A DNA stretch of 64,000 nt. It comes from Dendrobates tinctorius. Taxonomy: Eukaryota. The stretch is from the NCBI RefSeq assembly GCF_039654945.1, contig NW_027361864.1, forward strand, positions 4,340,001-4,404,000, written 5' to 3'. Position 1 is the first letter of the stretch, and each line of letters starts with the position of its first letter. Below the pieces are notes generated by a model that was not told where the DNA came from, made no database searches, and saw nothing but the letters and a program-made list of their open reading frames with translations. Of this stretch, positions 13,009 through 25,900 are shown piece by piece. The position numbers and the translations under genes were made by a program.

Positions 13009-13831
13009 GTGAGGACGGACGCTGGGGCCTAGAATGGCAAACGTTAACCCTGTGATTGTCCTTCTGTATCTGCTGATCTGTGACCCTGCCCTCTAAGCAT
13101 TGCTATGTACAGGGGATGTATAGTGCGGGGTGACTGTGCGCATGGACAGGTATGGAGACTGGGCTCAGATGACAGTTCTGATAGATGAGATTTTGTGTGG
13201 CCAGATCGGGTTTCACATGCCCCTTTTCCTCCATGCTTTACACTGCAGCACTGATTTTTTTTTTTCTTGTGTGTGTGTGTGTGTAAGCTCAGCAGGAAAA
13301 TAGTGAGTGCTTGACAGCAGAAGTAGAGCACAGGCGAGTCGTTTAGTTCTGCCAGGTGCTTGTACACTTTATATTACAGGCACTGTTGCTTTTGATGAGG
13401 TCCCCAGCACTTTCCAGTATCTCTACGGTTCGGATTTATTTATTTTTTTGCTGTGATCTCCTGTCATTTCTTATTCTCCGCAGGGCTCCCAAGTCAGTGG
13501 TCCAAGAGCATGGAACGTTGAGGTGCAGCGTTACGCGTCCTCTGGACTTCCAATGAATACGGTGGTCCTGTTTGTCCCCCAGCAGGAGGCCTGGGTGGTG
13601 GAGCGCATGGGCAGATTTCACCGCATTTTGGAGCCGGTGGGTGCTGGATTTACTTCTAGATTATCTGTATACAGAAAGGAAGTTGCGATGTGATTAAGGG
13701 ATTGTTCCCATCACGTCTGACGTGTAAATTAAGAGAATCTCCCAGCGGAGAAGCCTGATGTATCTACAGAGGTCTAATCCCACCAAGGACAACATCTGCA
13801 AGGAGTTTGTATGTTCTCCCCGTGTTTGCGT

Positions 13832-13862
<31 letters not shown>

Positions 13863-16800
13863 ACACTCCAAAGACATACTGATAGGGAATTTAGATTGTG
13901 AGCCCCATCGGGGACAGTGATGAAATGTGTGCAAACTGTAAAGCGCTGCAGAATATGTTAGCGCTATATAAAAATAAAGATTATTATTATTATTAATCAC
14001 CCAGCTAAGGTCAAAAGGGTGACCTCTGTACCTTGGTCACCATATAATCGCCAACGTCTCGTCCTTTGTGAGGGGTCTATGTGGTTACCCTCCCAAAATA
14101 TCCCTTATATAGGCTGTAAACCGAATATGAACACATCCGAATAGTCTGAATCCTTGTGGATTACTGTATAGACCTGTAAGTGGGCACATTAGCCATACAC
14201 CAATGAATTAATTTTATGGGTTATTTTGGGCTTGTTCCCTGTTTTATGTCATCACCATCTTACCCCCCACTCCCACCATTGTACTATGCACCACTAGACT
14301 TGTGCACTAATGTGTCTGAGGCCGGAGTCACACTTGCGAGAAACTTGCACGAGTCTCGCGTCTCAATACCTGGCACTGCAGCTGAGCGCTCCGGTTCTGA
14401 GTGCCGGTGGCAGTACCGAGTATTGAAACGCGAGACTCGTGCGAGTTTTTCGCAAGTCTGACCCCGGCTTTATACAGAATGTCACTGGTATTACCCGTGT
14501 TACAGTTTTTCTTTTGTCTTTTCAGGGTCTGAACCTCCTCATTCCATTTCTAGATCGTATCCGATATGTACAGAGCCTGAAGGAGATCGTGATCAACGTT
14601 CCTGAGCAGTCCGCCGTCAGCCTGGGTGAGTCTCTCCTGATACCTTCAGATCTTTTCATTTTATTCTATGTGACAGAAACCATTGAGATTGTCCTGTGGT
14701 GTGACGCCGGGCGTGATGATGGACTGGTCAATATTGGATTTATGTTTTTTAATTCCATACACTAATGGAGTCATAATCCTCTAAAGTTTTCATCCCCTGC
14801 CTTAACCGTATATTTACGTCATATGCTGTGTCCTTGACTTTGATATGGGCTCTGACGCTGAGCCCGTGTTTTTTCCCCCACACAACAACGGATTTAATCA
14901 TGATGTGCTTTTAACAGCCACAGGTGGATTGGTGTTCCCCTTCCACCTTTGTCTGTTAATCAATTCCACTGTTAATCGCTGAACCCGGCATTTAACACTC
15001 ATTGGCTGGAAGCATGTCATAAATCCTGCCCACTGGGCGTCCCCGTCATGTGATCGAGGTGCGCAGATAGGTTTTCATGAAAGCCGGGGGTCTGCTGATG
15101 ATCCCTGTACCTGTCTTTACGATCCTCCTTTTAATGTCGGCTCATGACCAACGTTCATAGCAGATCGTGATTTCTGCTACACGTAGCAGCGCTGAAGCCC
15201 CGCTGGGTATAGCGAAAGCTATCGGACGATTACAGCTCTAAGTCTCCTAAGGGAACTATTAAATAATGTAAAAAGTGGGGAAAAAAAAAAAAGTTATTAA
15301 AATTTTTTAAAAAATAGCACAAATTCAAATCACCCCCTTTTTTGCTGCATTGAAAAAAAAACAAAAAACAAACGCATATTTGGTATCGCTGCCTTCAGAA
15401 ACACCCGAGCTATCAAAATATATAAAATAATCGGATCTGTAAATGGCGCAAGAAAAAATAATCGGAACTCCAGAATTACATTTCTTTGACCGTCGCAACA
15501 TTGCAATAAGAGGCGATCAAAACATCGTATCTACCCCAAAATGCTATCAGTAAAAACTTCAGCTCAGGGCGCATTAAAAGCCATCACCTAGACCCCGATC
15601 CCGAAAAATGAAATCATTACTGGGCTCAGAAAATGTCTACAAAAATGAAAAAAAAAATGTTCGTACTCATTTCGGATGTTTTTCCTGTTTCCCAGTAAAC
15701 TATAAGTTAAAATCAATGGTGCCATTCAAAAGTGCAACTTGTCCCTCAAAAAAACAAACCCTTATATGGCTATGGGGACAGAAAAATAAAAAAGTTATGG
15801 CTCTTGGAAGAAGGGGAAGAAAAGGATAAAATAATATGCTCAGTACAATGAAGTTAAAGGGAACCTGTCGCCAGAAAAAAATGCTGTTACCCTGCAGATA
15901 TAGGGAGAAAATGAAGTTTATTCCGCCAGCAGTGTTCCAGTGCCGGCGCAGATATAGTCACCGTAATGAGAGCAGCGGCTGTAACCGCTCTTCTGCTCTG
16001 TATATTGGGTTAACATAACTAAGAAGCTGCTGAATAGATCATTAAGTCATGAGTGAGGAGCAGGACCCCGATGTTGCTGCGGTGAGACCCTCAGTGCTGG
16101 TTACTAATGATGACGAATGATGTCCTTTCTCTCTCTACAGACAATGTGACCTTACAGATAGATGGAGTCCTTTACCTACGTGTCATGGACCCTTATAAGG
16201 TGAGCCTCCCTCCTCCTTCTCTGCACACTTGTCTTTCTGTGATATCGGGGGATACAGCAACTGCAACACTGAACATATAGAGACACGGTGCGTCATCACA
16301 CTGCGACTAATGAATACATGATCTCCAATATTGCTGCAAACATTAAAAATGTAAGGTACCTAGCGTTTGGCGCAAAACCCTCCAACCACGTCATGGTGTA
16401 GCTAAATATGGATGGTTCCTAAACACTAATGACCCACCTCCCTTCTACACCCATTTTCCCCACACAAGGCTTTAATTGCAAGCTATGTCTCTTTTCCTTT
16501 TCACTCCCCATTCAGATGAAGCTGGTTTGGCACATGTAGAGGTAGGACATTTAGTGGTTAGGGACCATCCGTATTAAAAGGTCACCTTGATGTGGTTGGA
16601 GGCTTTTGCACTTTTTGATCAAAGAATGCAGTCTAGCGGCTGTAGAGCTGAATAAAATGTAGTTTTTATTTTTTTAATTTCTCTTCTCCTTTGCAGAAAT
16701 ATTTATAGTTTATAAGTCAAAGGGGACGTTACCAGAGATTCTTCTCTGGGGGTGTTTACTTTGTCCCCTGCTTGAAGTCTCCTGCTAACGATTGGTCAGT

Positions 16801-16942
16801 GTCATGCAGGGGAAAAAGAACCCTCCTCCAGACAGTCAGAACAGGTGTTCTCCTGAAAGACAACTCTACTCCCAACCCTGATCTCTGCAGCAATTGTGTA
16901 GTATTGATCAAAGCCCAGTGTGATTACAAACACTTCCAGATC

Positions 16943-16982
<40 letters not shown>

Positions 16983-19900
16983 GAGAGGTATGGGGGTGGT
17001 GGACTCAGCATTGCTGAGTGTGATAATACAAGCCTCCAGATCTCCTGTCAAGGCTGTGTAAGTGTGGAGGGAGTACAGCATAGCTGAGTGTGATCGCACA
17101 CACTTCTATACCTCCTTTCACAGCAGTCACTGTAGAAGGGATATAGGAGAGCTGAGTACAATTACAAACGCTTCCCAATCTCCACTCTGGACAGTGTGGG
17201 GGAGTTGTGGATCTGTGAGCGGAACCTGTGTTTGTAATGGCAATTGGTTATACACTTAGCTATGTATTCTCCTCCTCCCAACACTGACTGCTGCGAGAGA
17301 AGATCTGGAGGAATTTGTAATGACACTCTGCCATACACTCAGCTACATAGTTTCCTTCCCCTATATCGACAACTGTAATGACACTCGGCCAGATATCCTC
17401 TCCTTGCAGTCAGTATGAGGAGAGTGTATACTCAGCTATGTATTCTTCTCTCCTCATACTGACTGCAAGGAGGGATATCTGGAAATGTTTGTAATGAAAT
17501 TTGGTTATACTGTCAGTTATGTATTCTCCTCCCCTTCCCCTACACTGACTGCAATTAGAGGAGATCTGGAAGTGTTTGTAATGATGCTCAGCTGTACACT
17601 CAGGTATGTATTCTCCTCCACAGTGACTGCCATGACATGAGATCTGGAAGTGTTTGTAATCGCACTCAGCTCTGCTCTATACCAATAAAAACTATGTATT
17701 ACTCAGCTCTGCAGCCACTCTTCCACATTATGACCAGTTTAACTCGCTTTAACTAGTGAAAGGTCCTCTTTAAACCCACATGGGATTTTCGATACTGATA
17801 CATTGCATAAAATCCACAGATGTGAGAGCAGATCTAGATCGGGATGTGTTTTTAGCTTCATACTTTCCATTATCAATGATAAATCATTTTTTTCTACACT
17901 AGACATTTAATATATAGCATCTGTAGCTTCAGCCATTCTATGTCTTGTCGCTTGTGTTCAGGCCAGTTACGGTGTGGAAGATCCAGAATACGCTGTCACT
18001 CAGCTGGCACAGACCACCATGCGATCTGAGCTTGGAAAACTGACATTAGACAAGGTTTTCCGGGTAAGTTTATCTTTTGTCACTAGTTTCTCTTCCTTGT
18101 AATGCAGGACTGTGGTTTACTCGCCCTCCCTGGGTCCAGCTGAGTCTATGCCGCCGCTCACAGTGTCTGGTATTGTCTGCAGCGCTGACGCCACATCGAT
18201 AGTACTGCTGCCAGTCGGTGAGCTCTTCCCCAGTTGGTGGAATGAGATGCTGAGCTCACTGATTGGCTGCAGCAGTGTCAACATGATGTCAGCACTGCAA
18301 ACAATAATTGGCACCGAGCATAGCAGCGGAGACTCGGCGTTGGACCTGGGGAGGGTGAGTAAAGTACAGTTTTACTTTTTTAAACCAGATGGTGGTATTT
18401 ACGAAACCGGAAAACTCTTTGAAATAGATGTAACATAAATAATATTTATGGGATGTCCATGGGATGGTTTATATTGTGGATTTGCTGGTTTTCCGGCTGC
18501 TTAGACCCCCAACCTTCCTAAGAGTTCAAAGTTGGGAAATGGACAGCGAAACAATTCTTAATGAATTTCTATAATGTCCCATTTTTGTTTTCTAATCCAT
18601 TTGTTTCTTTTCATGTTTCTGAATGAATCAGGAGAGGGAATCACTCAACTCCCATATTGTGGACGCCATTAACCAGGCTTCTGATTATTGGGGCATCAAG
18701 TGTCTGCGATATGAAATTAAGGACATCCACGTGCCACCAAAAGTGAGGGAGGCCATGCAGATGCAGGTAGGTCCTCCTGTGCCCCCCGGCAGACAACTGC
18801 TACACGAAGCTTAATCGTAAAGCTAAAGAGGGCTTTCTGTTTTAAAGGGAACCTGTAAGAGATCCTAAACTACGGCATTGTGAATCGGACATGGTCTGTG
18901 CTATTGCCGCCTTGTATGTGTTACTATGATGTTTTCGTTGCCTTTCGGATGCAACATGCTTTGATGCCAAGCACTATGCAACTAGGGCAAGTAGTCCAAG
19001 AGGCAGATCCCCGGCTGCTCCTCGCTGTCCCTCTACCCTAGACTGACACTTCTCCTCCCCCTGTTCCCCTAATTAGAGAAGTTTTGGACTTGTTGTCTTG
19101 GTCGCCTTGTCCTCGGCACCAAAGTATGTTTTCTGTTCACTGCTGCAGCATTTCACAGTAATATACACGGCTGCAGTAACGCGCCCGGGGTCTGATTCTT
19201 GCTGCCGGGTTCCCTTTAAGAGGTATTACAATCTCATTACGATCTCTTGATATGTAACTAGGACATGCTACCGATGTATGATTGGTCAGAGTACGAATTG
19301 TAGGACTCCTGCCTATCCTAAAATGAAGAGGTTTCTTCACAGTATTTCCCTGCACAGTGCTGGTCCTGCCACCATGCTTTACACTGCGGCTGAGCTGCTT
19401 TGTACCTCTTATAGATATGAATGAGTTATGGGGCACAAGCAGCCGCTGATTGACACCCAGATGCTTCTCTACAAGTGACTCTCCTAGCTATACTCTAGAA
19501 CATATGATGCCCATCGGTTATAAGTGCCCAGGTGCATAACTTTCCATTTTTTCAATCTTATGTCCAAACTCACTCTGCACCACCTGATTGTGTGTAACCT
19601 GGGTCCTGTTAACCCCAGAGCGTCAGATAAAATAGTACAAAGAGTTATCACCCAGTAATGGAGATGTTACAGGATCCGCCTATAGAAGCAGAACCACAGA
19701 AGGCACCTATTGGAGCGGAGACACCATGGAGAGTCTTACAGGAGCTGAGGTGCCACAGGAGACTCCTGTAGGCACGGAAATACCGTAGGAGTGGCCTATA
19801 GGAGCGGAGACTCCTATAGGAGCTGAGATACCACAGGAGACTTGTGTAGGCAGCACAGAGGATGCCTATAGGAGCTGAGACGCCACAGGACCCGCCTATA

Positions 19901-22900
19901 GAAGCAGAGCCCTAGAAGCTGCCTATAAAAGCAGAGATGACGTAGGAGCCGCCTGAAGGAGAGGAGATGCCACAGGAGCCGCCACCTGTAGGACAGGAGC
20001 CGCTGCAGGAGAAGGGCTGCCACAGGAGCCGCCTGTAGGACTGGAGCTGCTGCAGGAGCCGTCTGTAGGAACAGAGCCGCCGCAGGAGAAGGGCCTCCTG
20101 TAGGAGAAGAGCTGCCACATGAGCCACCTGTAGGAATGGGAGCCGCCGCAGGAGAAGGGCCGCCTGTAGGAGAGGAGCTGCCACAGGAGCCGCCTGTAGG
20201 AGAGGAGCTGCCGCAGGAGACACCTGTAGGAGAGGAGCTGCCACAGGAGCCGCCTGTAGGAACGGAGCCGCCGCAGGAGAAGGGCCGCCTGTAGGAGAGG
20301 AGCTGCCGCAGGAACCAAATTCAGTTCCGTCTTTGGAGGCTTTATTTTACTGCATACAGTAAAACACAACTTTACCAAATACACAATCGTTAGTGCAGAC
20401 TCCACAACATCCAGGATCCTTCCTCCTCATCACACTTCCAATATCAATGTTTTTATCCAATGATGGTTCTATCAGTCTTCCTGAGACCAGTAGTTGCACC
20501 AGCGATCACCCCCAAGACTTGACATAGAGCAGATGAGTTTTATTATTTTACCCCCAAGTATAAATATGTTAACACATAAAAATGTAAAACACGCGGAACG
20601 CCAACTTCTACTTGACCCTGGGTTTCGCCTGTTGGCTTCTTCCTGGGGCAGTTTGTTCTTCTGTGTAACGTCATCGAATTGTCGAACATGAGATACAATT
20701 ATTAATGTCTCCTCAGGTTGAAGCCGAGCGTCGGAAGAGGGCGATGGTGTTAGAATCTGAAGGAACCAGAGAATCTGCCATCAATGTGGCCGAGGGGCAT
20801 AAGCAGGCCCAGATCTTGGCCTCAGAGGCAGAGCGAGCAGAGCAGATTAACAGAGCTGCAGGTAAGTGTCTGAGCGGAATTAGTCGCCCACCATGGCTCA
20901 TTGGTCACCCCAGACTTCGGAGGAGAACCACCAGCACTTGAGGAGAGTCTGGACTCGCATTCATCTTCATATGCTGAGATTGACTTATAACCCCACTAGG
21001 TCTGCACTACGGCACGTCCCCAGTATCCCCTTCTGACCTCTATCATTGGCTTGTCAGATGTAATATATGACTACAACTTCATTTGGCAACTGTCTGTTTA
21101 TTCTTTTCTCTCAATCAATCAATCAATCAATAGTACACATGGAAATAACAACTTTGTAATATGTCCGATCAAAGAAATCATCTGCTTCATTCACATTTTC
21201 ATGGGTAAATCTGTATTCAGTGAAGACAATTTTCCACATTACCAAGATACAAGATTACAGTTGGTGCTTTTAAAATTCCATGGAGGGGGAGGAGCTAGAG
21301 GCCGACATAGACATTCTGCGGCCAGTTCTCCTGACAGTTATAGAACTTTGATCACCAACTGTCATCTCGTTTCTCAGTAAAGTGAAAATCTCTCTTCACT
21401 GAATATCACTTTTAACCCTGAATTGAGAGTGAAACCAGCAGATTTCTCTGATAAGATATATTACAAAGTTGCTTATTTTCATGTGCACTATTAATTTATG
21501 AAATGAAGATTAAAACGATTGTTACTCTTTCACCCCTTTCTGACATTGAGAGTAATAGTACGCCCACGTGAGACTCCCTCCCTTTGTCGACTCCGGCGCT
21601 GAGCCCACATCTTTCCCTGCACATGTCAGCTGTTTTGAACAGCTGACATGTGCCTCTAACAGCCGCGGGTGGAATCGGGATTCATAAGGCGGCTGTTAAT
21701 CTGCTAAATGCCGCTGTTATTTTCTGACAGCAGCATTTAAGGCCTGTTTCACAGTTCAGTTGTTTGACGTCAGTTGAAATCTGCCAAAGTGTGAAAAAAC
21801 TGATCCATTTCTGCAATGTAAAGTCTATTTCACAGTTCAGTTGTTTGACATCAGTCAAAATCCACCATTTTTATAAAAAAGCGGATCCGCCATTTTCTTG
21901 GCGGATCCGTTTTTTTACCCCATAGACTTGCATTAGCGGCGGATTATGACTGATAGTCGTCCGTTGCATCTGTTTTCTGACGGATCCGTTTGGAATTTTA
22001 GCATCCACCGTCTTGAGTAGACGGAAAAGGAACATTTTTTTTCCAGCGGCAGACCGCTATTTTAAACTGCGCATGCCCGCAAGATCTTTCCTTTAATGCA
22101 TTTTAACCCGTAACGGCGTTCTGGAAGCGGCGAAAAAATTTGCGCTCTCTCTCTCGCTCTGAGAGAGAGCGAGCGCGAGAGAGCGCTCTCTGTCTCTNNN
22201 NNNNNNNNNNNNNNNNNNNNNNNNNNNNNNNNNNNNNNNNNNNNNNNNNNNNNNNNNNNNNNNNNNNNNNNNNNNNNNNNNNNNNNNNNNNNNNNNNNNN
22301 NNNNNNNNNNNNNNNNNNNNNNNNNNNNTCGTGCGCGCTATCTATCTATATATCTTATCTCCTTTTTTCCAGACTTCTGTTCCTTTAAATTTCATATACT
22401 GGCGGACCTGTCCACAAAACGGAGAATCCGTTTCTCGCGCTTTAAAATACCGAAAATACCGCCCATTGATGACCTTTTCTCGTGATTGCGGGTTACCGAT
22501 GGGTTGGCATGACAACCAGAGGTTTGCAGCAAAACTCTGGTTGTCATAGCCGGATTGCTATGAGCGCTGCTCGGTGGTCGACACTCGTAGCAAGTGAGCA
22601 TTTCTGCTATATAGAGGCAATCTGATCATCACCTGTATGTGGCAGAGGCGATCAAAGTACGGAAGCTTCTAGTCTCCCTTGGAGACTATTGAAGCATGCA
22701 AAAAGTAAAATGTAAAAGTTCACGTCGCCCCATTCAAAATAAAATAGAAAAAAAATCACGCATACACATATTCAGTATCGACGCGTTCAGAATCGCCCGA
22801 TCTATCAATGAAAAAAGGATTAACCCGATCGCTAAACGGCGCAGCGAGAAAGTAATTCTGGCGGTTTTAATTTTTTTTTTTTTGGTCGCCGCGACATTGC

Positions 22901-25900
22901 AATAAAATGCAATAATGAGCGATCAAAACATCTTATCTGCACCAAAGTGGTATCATTAAAAACCTCAGCCCAGCATGCAAAAAACAAGCCCTCACACGGC
23001 CATATTGACGAAAAATAAAAAAGTTATGGCTCTGGGAAAGAAGGGGAGCGAAAAATGAAACCGCAAAAGCAAAAATACCTCAGGTCGGTAACGGGTTAAG
23101 TGTTGATTTGCTCTGTGCATTTGACCCAAGGAAAATGTCTTCCCGCTTTGCCCTCAATTTTACATATGGTAGATCTGTAGACTGTAAAGTTTATGGACAC
23201 TTAAGTTTTTTTTTAATTCACTTTTTTTTTTCTATCAGGTGAAGCAAATGCAATCCTAGCCAAGGCTAAGGCTCGGGGCGAGGCAATACGTGTGGTGGCC
23301 GATTCCCTCACTCAGCAGGTAACGTCTCCGGAGCCCTCCCTGACATTACATATTCCCGTGCTTTCAGTGCTATAGGATCTATCTGTCCAGCTTCATACTT
23401 ATGTGATGGAGATATTTTCTTGAAGGGGTGTGAATACAATGAAGGCTACACCGGATGGACCGCTCTTTTCAGATATCGCTCTCCGGTTTGGTCAATGGAC
23501 GTGTGACACAATATTAGCCATGTAGGCCCAGCCTTAAGGGGGTCAACCTGTAATAAATGGGTTTTATGCAAAGAAAGCTTAAAGGGTCTCTCCTTTTCAA
23601 ATACCCAGCACCACCTCTTAAAAATATGAATACAATAATCATAATATGCCTATGATGGCTCAGTGGTTAGCACAATGGCTCAGTGGGTTAGCACTGTTGG
23701 GTCCTAGCAAATCCCACCAAGGACAACATAGAATCGTAGAGTTGGAAGGAACCTCCTGGGCCATCTTGTCCAACCCCCTGCTCGAAGCAGGATTTGCTAA
23801 ATCATCCCAGTCAGATGTCTGTCCAGCCTCTGTTTGAAGACTTCCATTGAAGGAGAACTCACCACTTCTCGTGACAGCCTGTTCCACTCATTGATCTCTC
23901 TAACTGTCAAAAAGTTTTTTCTAATATCTAATCTGTGTCTCCTCCCATTCAGTTTCATCCCATTGCTTCTAGTCTTTCCTTGTGCAAATGAGAATAAAGA
24001 TGATACTTCTACAATGTGACAGCCCTTGAGATATTTGTAGACAGCTACTAAATCTCCTCTCAGTCTTCTCTTCTGCAAGCTAAACATTCCCAAATCCTGC
24101 AACCTTTCCTCATAAGGCCTCTTTCACACTTCAGTTTTTTACAATCAGTCACAATCCGCCAGGTTTTGAAAAAAACGGATCCTCAATTTTCTTTTGAGGA
24201 TCCGTTTTTTTTTTCCCCATTGACTTTCATTAATGGCGGATTGTGACGGATTGCTGTCTGTTGCATCCGTTTTTTTTGAGGATCCGCCAAAAGTTGCTGT
24301 CCGTCACCATCCTCAAAGATTTCAAAACGGAGCTTGCAACGTTTTTTTTTTCTGGCGGATCCTCCAGACACACATTTAACCCGAAATTCTTTCTGGGTGC
24401 CGGACAAAAAAAAAAAAAATTCTCTCCCTCTCCCTCTCCCTCTCCCCCTCTCCTTCTCTCCTTCTCTCCTTCCCGGCCAGCAGTTCCTTTATTTCCTCAT
24501 TTTCAGGATCCATCTGAAAACGGATCCTGTGCCATCCGTTCACATCAGTTGAGAACGGATCCGCTTCTCTGACTTTTTGGCGGATTTGAACTGATGCAAA
24601 AAACTGAAGTGTGAAAGAGGCCTAAGACAGGGTTTGCAGACGGGTCACCATTCTGGTTTCTCTTTTCTGAACTTGCTTCAGTTTGTTTATGTCTTGGCGC
24701 CCAAAACTGGACACAGTATTCCAGATGAGGTCTGACCAAAGAGGAGTAGAGGGAAATAATGACTTCACGTGATCTAGACTGTATGCTTCTGTTAATACAT
24801 CCTAGAATTGCATTTCCCTTTTTTGCTGCTGCATCACACTGTTGACTCATATTCAGTCTGTGATCTATTAGTATACCCAAGTCTTTTTCACATGTGTTGT
24901 TGCTTAGCCCTATTCCTCCCATTCTGTATATGCTTCTTTCATTTTTATTGCCCAGATGTAGTACTTTGGTTTTTAACAGGGAAAAATGCATTCTGTTAGT
25001 TGCTGCCCACTGCTCCAGTTTATTTATATCTTTTTGAATCCTCTCTCTCTCTTCTCTAGTATTAGCTATCCCTCCTAGCTTTGTGTCATCAGCAAATTTA
25101 ATAGTTTACCCTCAATTCTTTCATCTAAATCGTTGATAAAGATGTTGAACAATACAGGGCCCTGGACAGAGCCCTGTGGTACCCCACTTGAGACATTCTT
25201 CCAACTGGATGTGCAGCCATTTACGACCACTCTTTGGGTCCGATCACTAAGCCAGTTATGAATCCACCTAACAGTTGCCTTGTCCATTCCATACTTAGTC
25301 ATTTTTCAATAAGGATTGTGAGATACTTTGTCAAATGCTTTGCTGAAGTCAATATATTATAATCTTATAATAATCTTTATTTTTATATAGCGCTAACATA
25401 TTCCACAGCGCTTTACACACATTATCATCACTGTCCCTGATGGGGCTCACAATCTAAATTCCCTATCAGTATGTCTTTGGAATGTGGGAGGAAACCGGAG
25501 AACCCGGAGGAAACCCACGCAAACACGGGGAGAACATACAAACTCCTTGCAGATGTTGTCCTTGGTGGGATTTGAACCAAGGACTCCAGTGCTGCAAGAC
25601 CACCGTGCTGCACAAGATATACTATATCTACAGCATTTCCCTGATCCACCCAATCAGTGATTCTGTCATACAAGGAAATTAAGTTACAATACTTAGGAGA
25701 TGTTCCAGCAACTTTGACCAAAGGATGGTTAAAATCAAAAGACTTTATTCCAAAAAAATGATTAAAAACAGAATAGATGCATAAAAACATATGGTTCACC
25801 AATGTGGCAGACGCTTACGCGTTTCGGACTAGAGGGTCCTTACTCATAGCTTAACATCTTACAAATAAGCATATACCTATATACACTTGCTGGCTGAAGT

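Noticed and set aside
23655-23726. tRNA gene (gctcagtggttagcac A-box-like)
   Set aside because: It is the tRNA-derived head of a SINE and does not form a cloverleaf.
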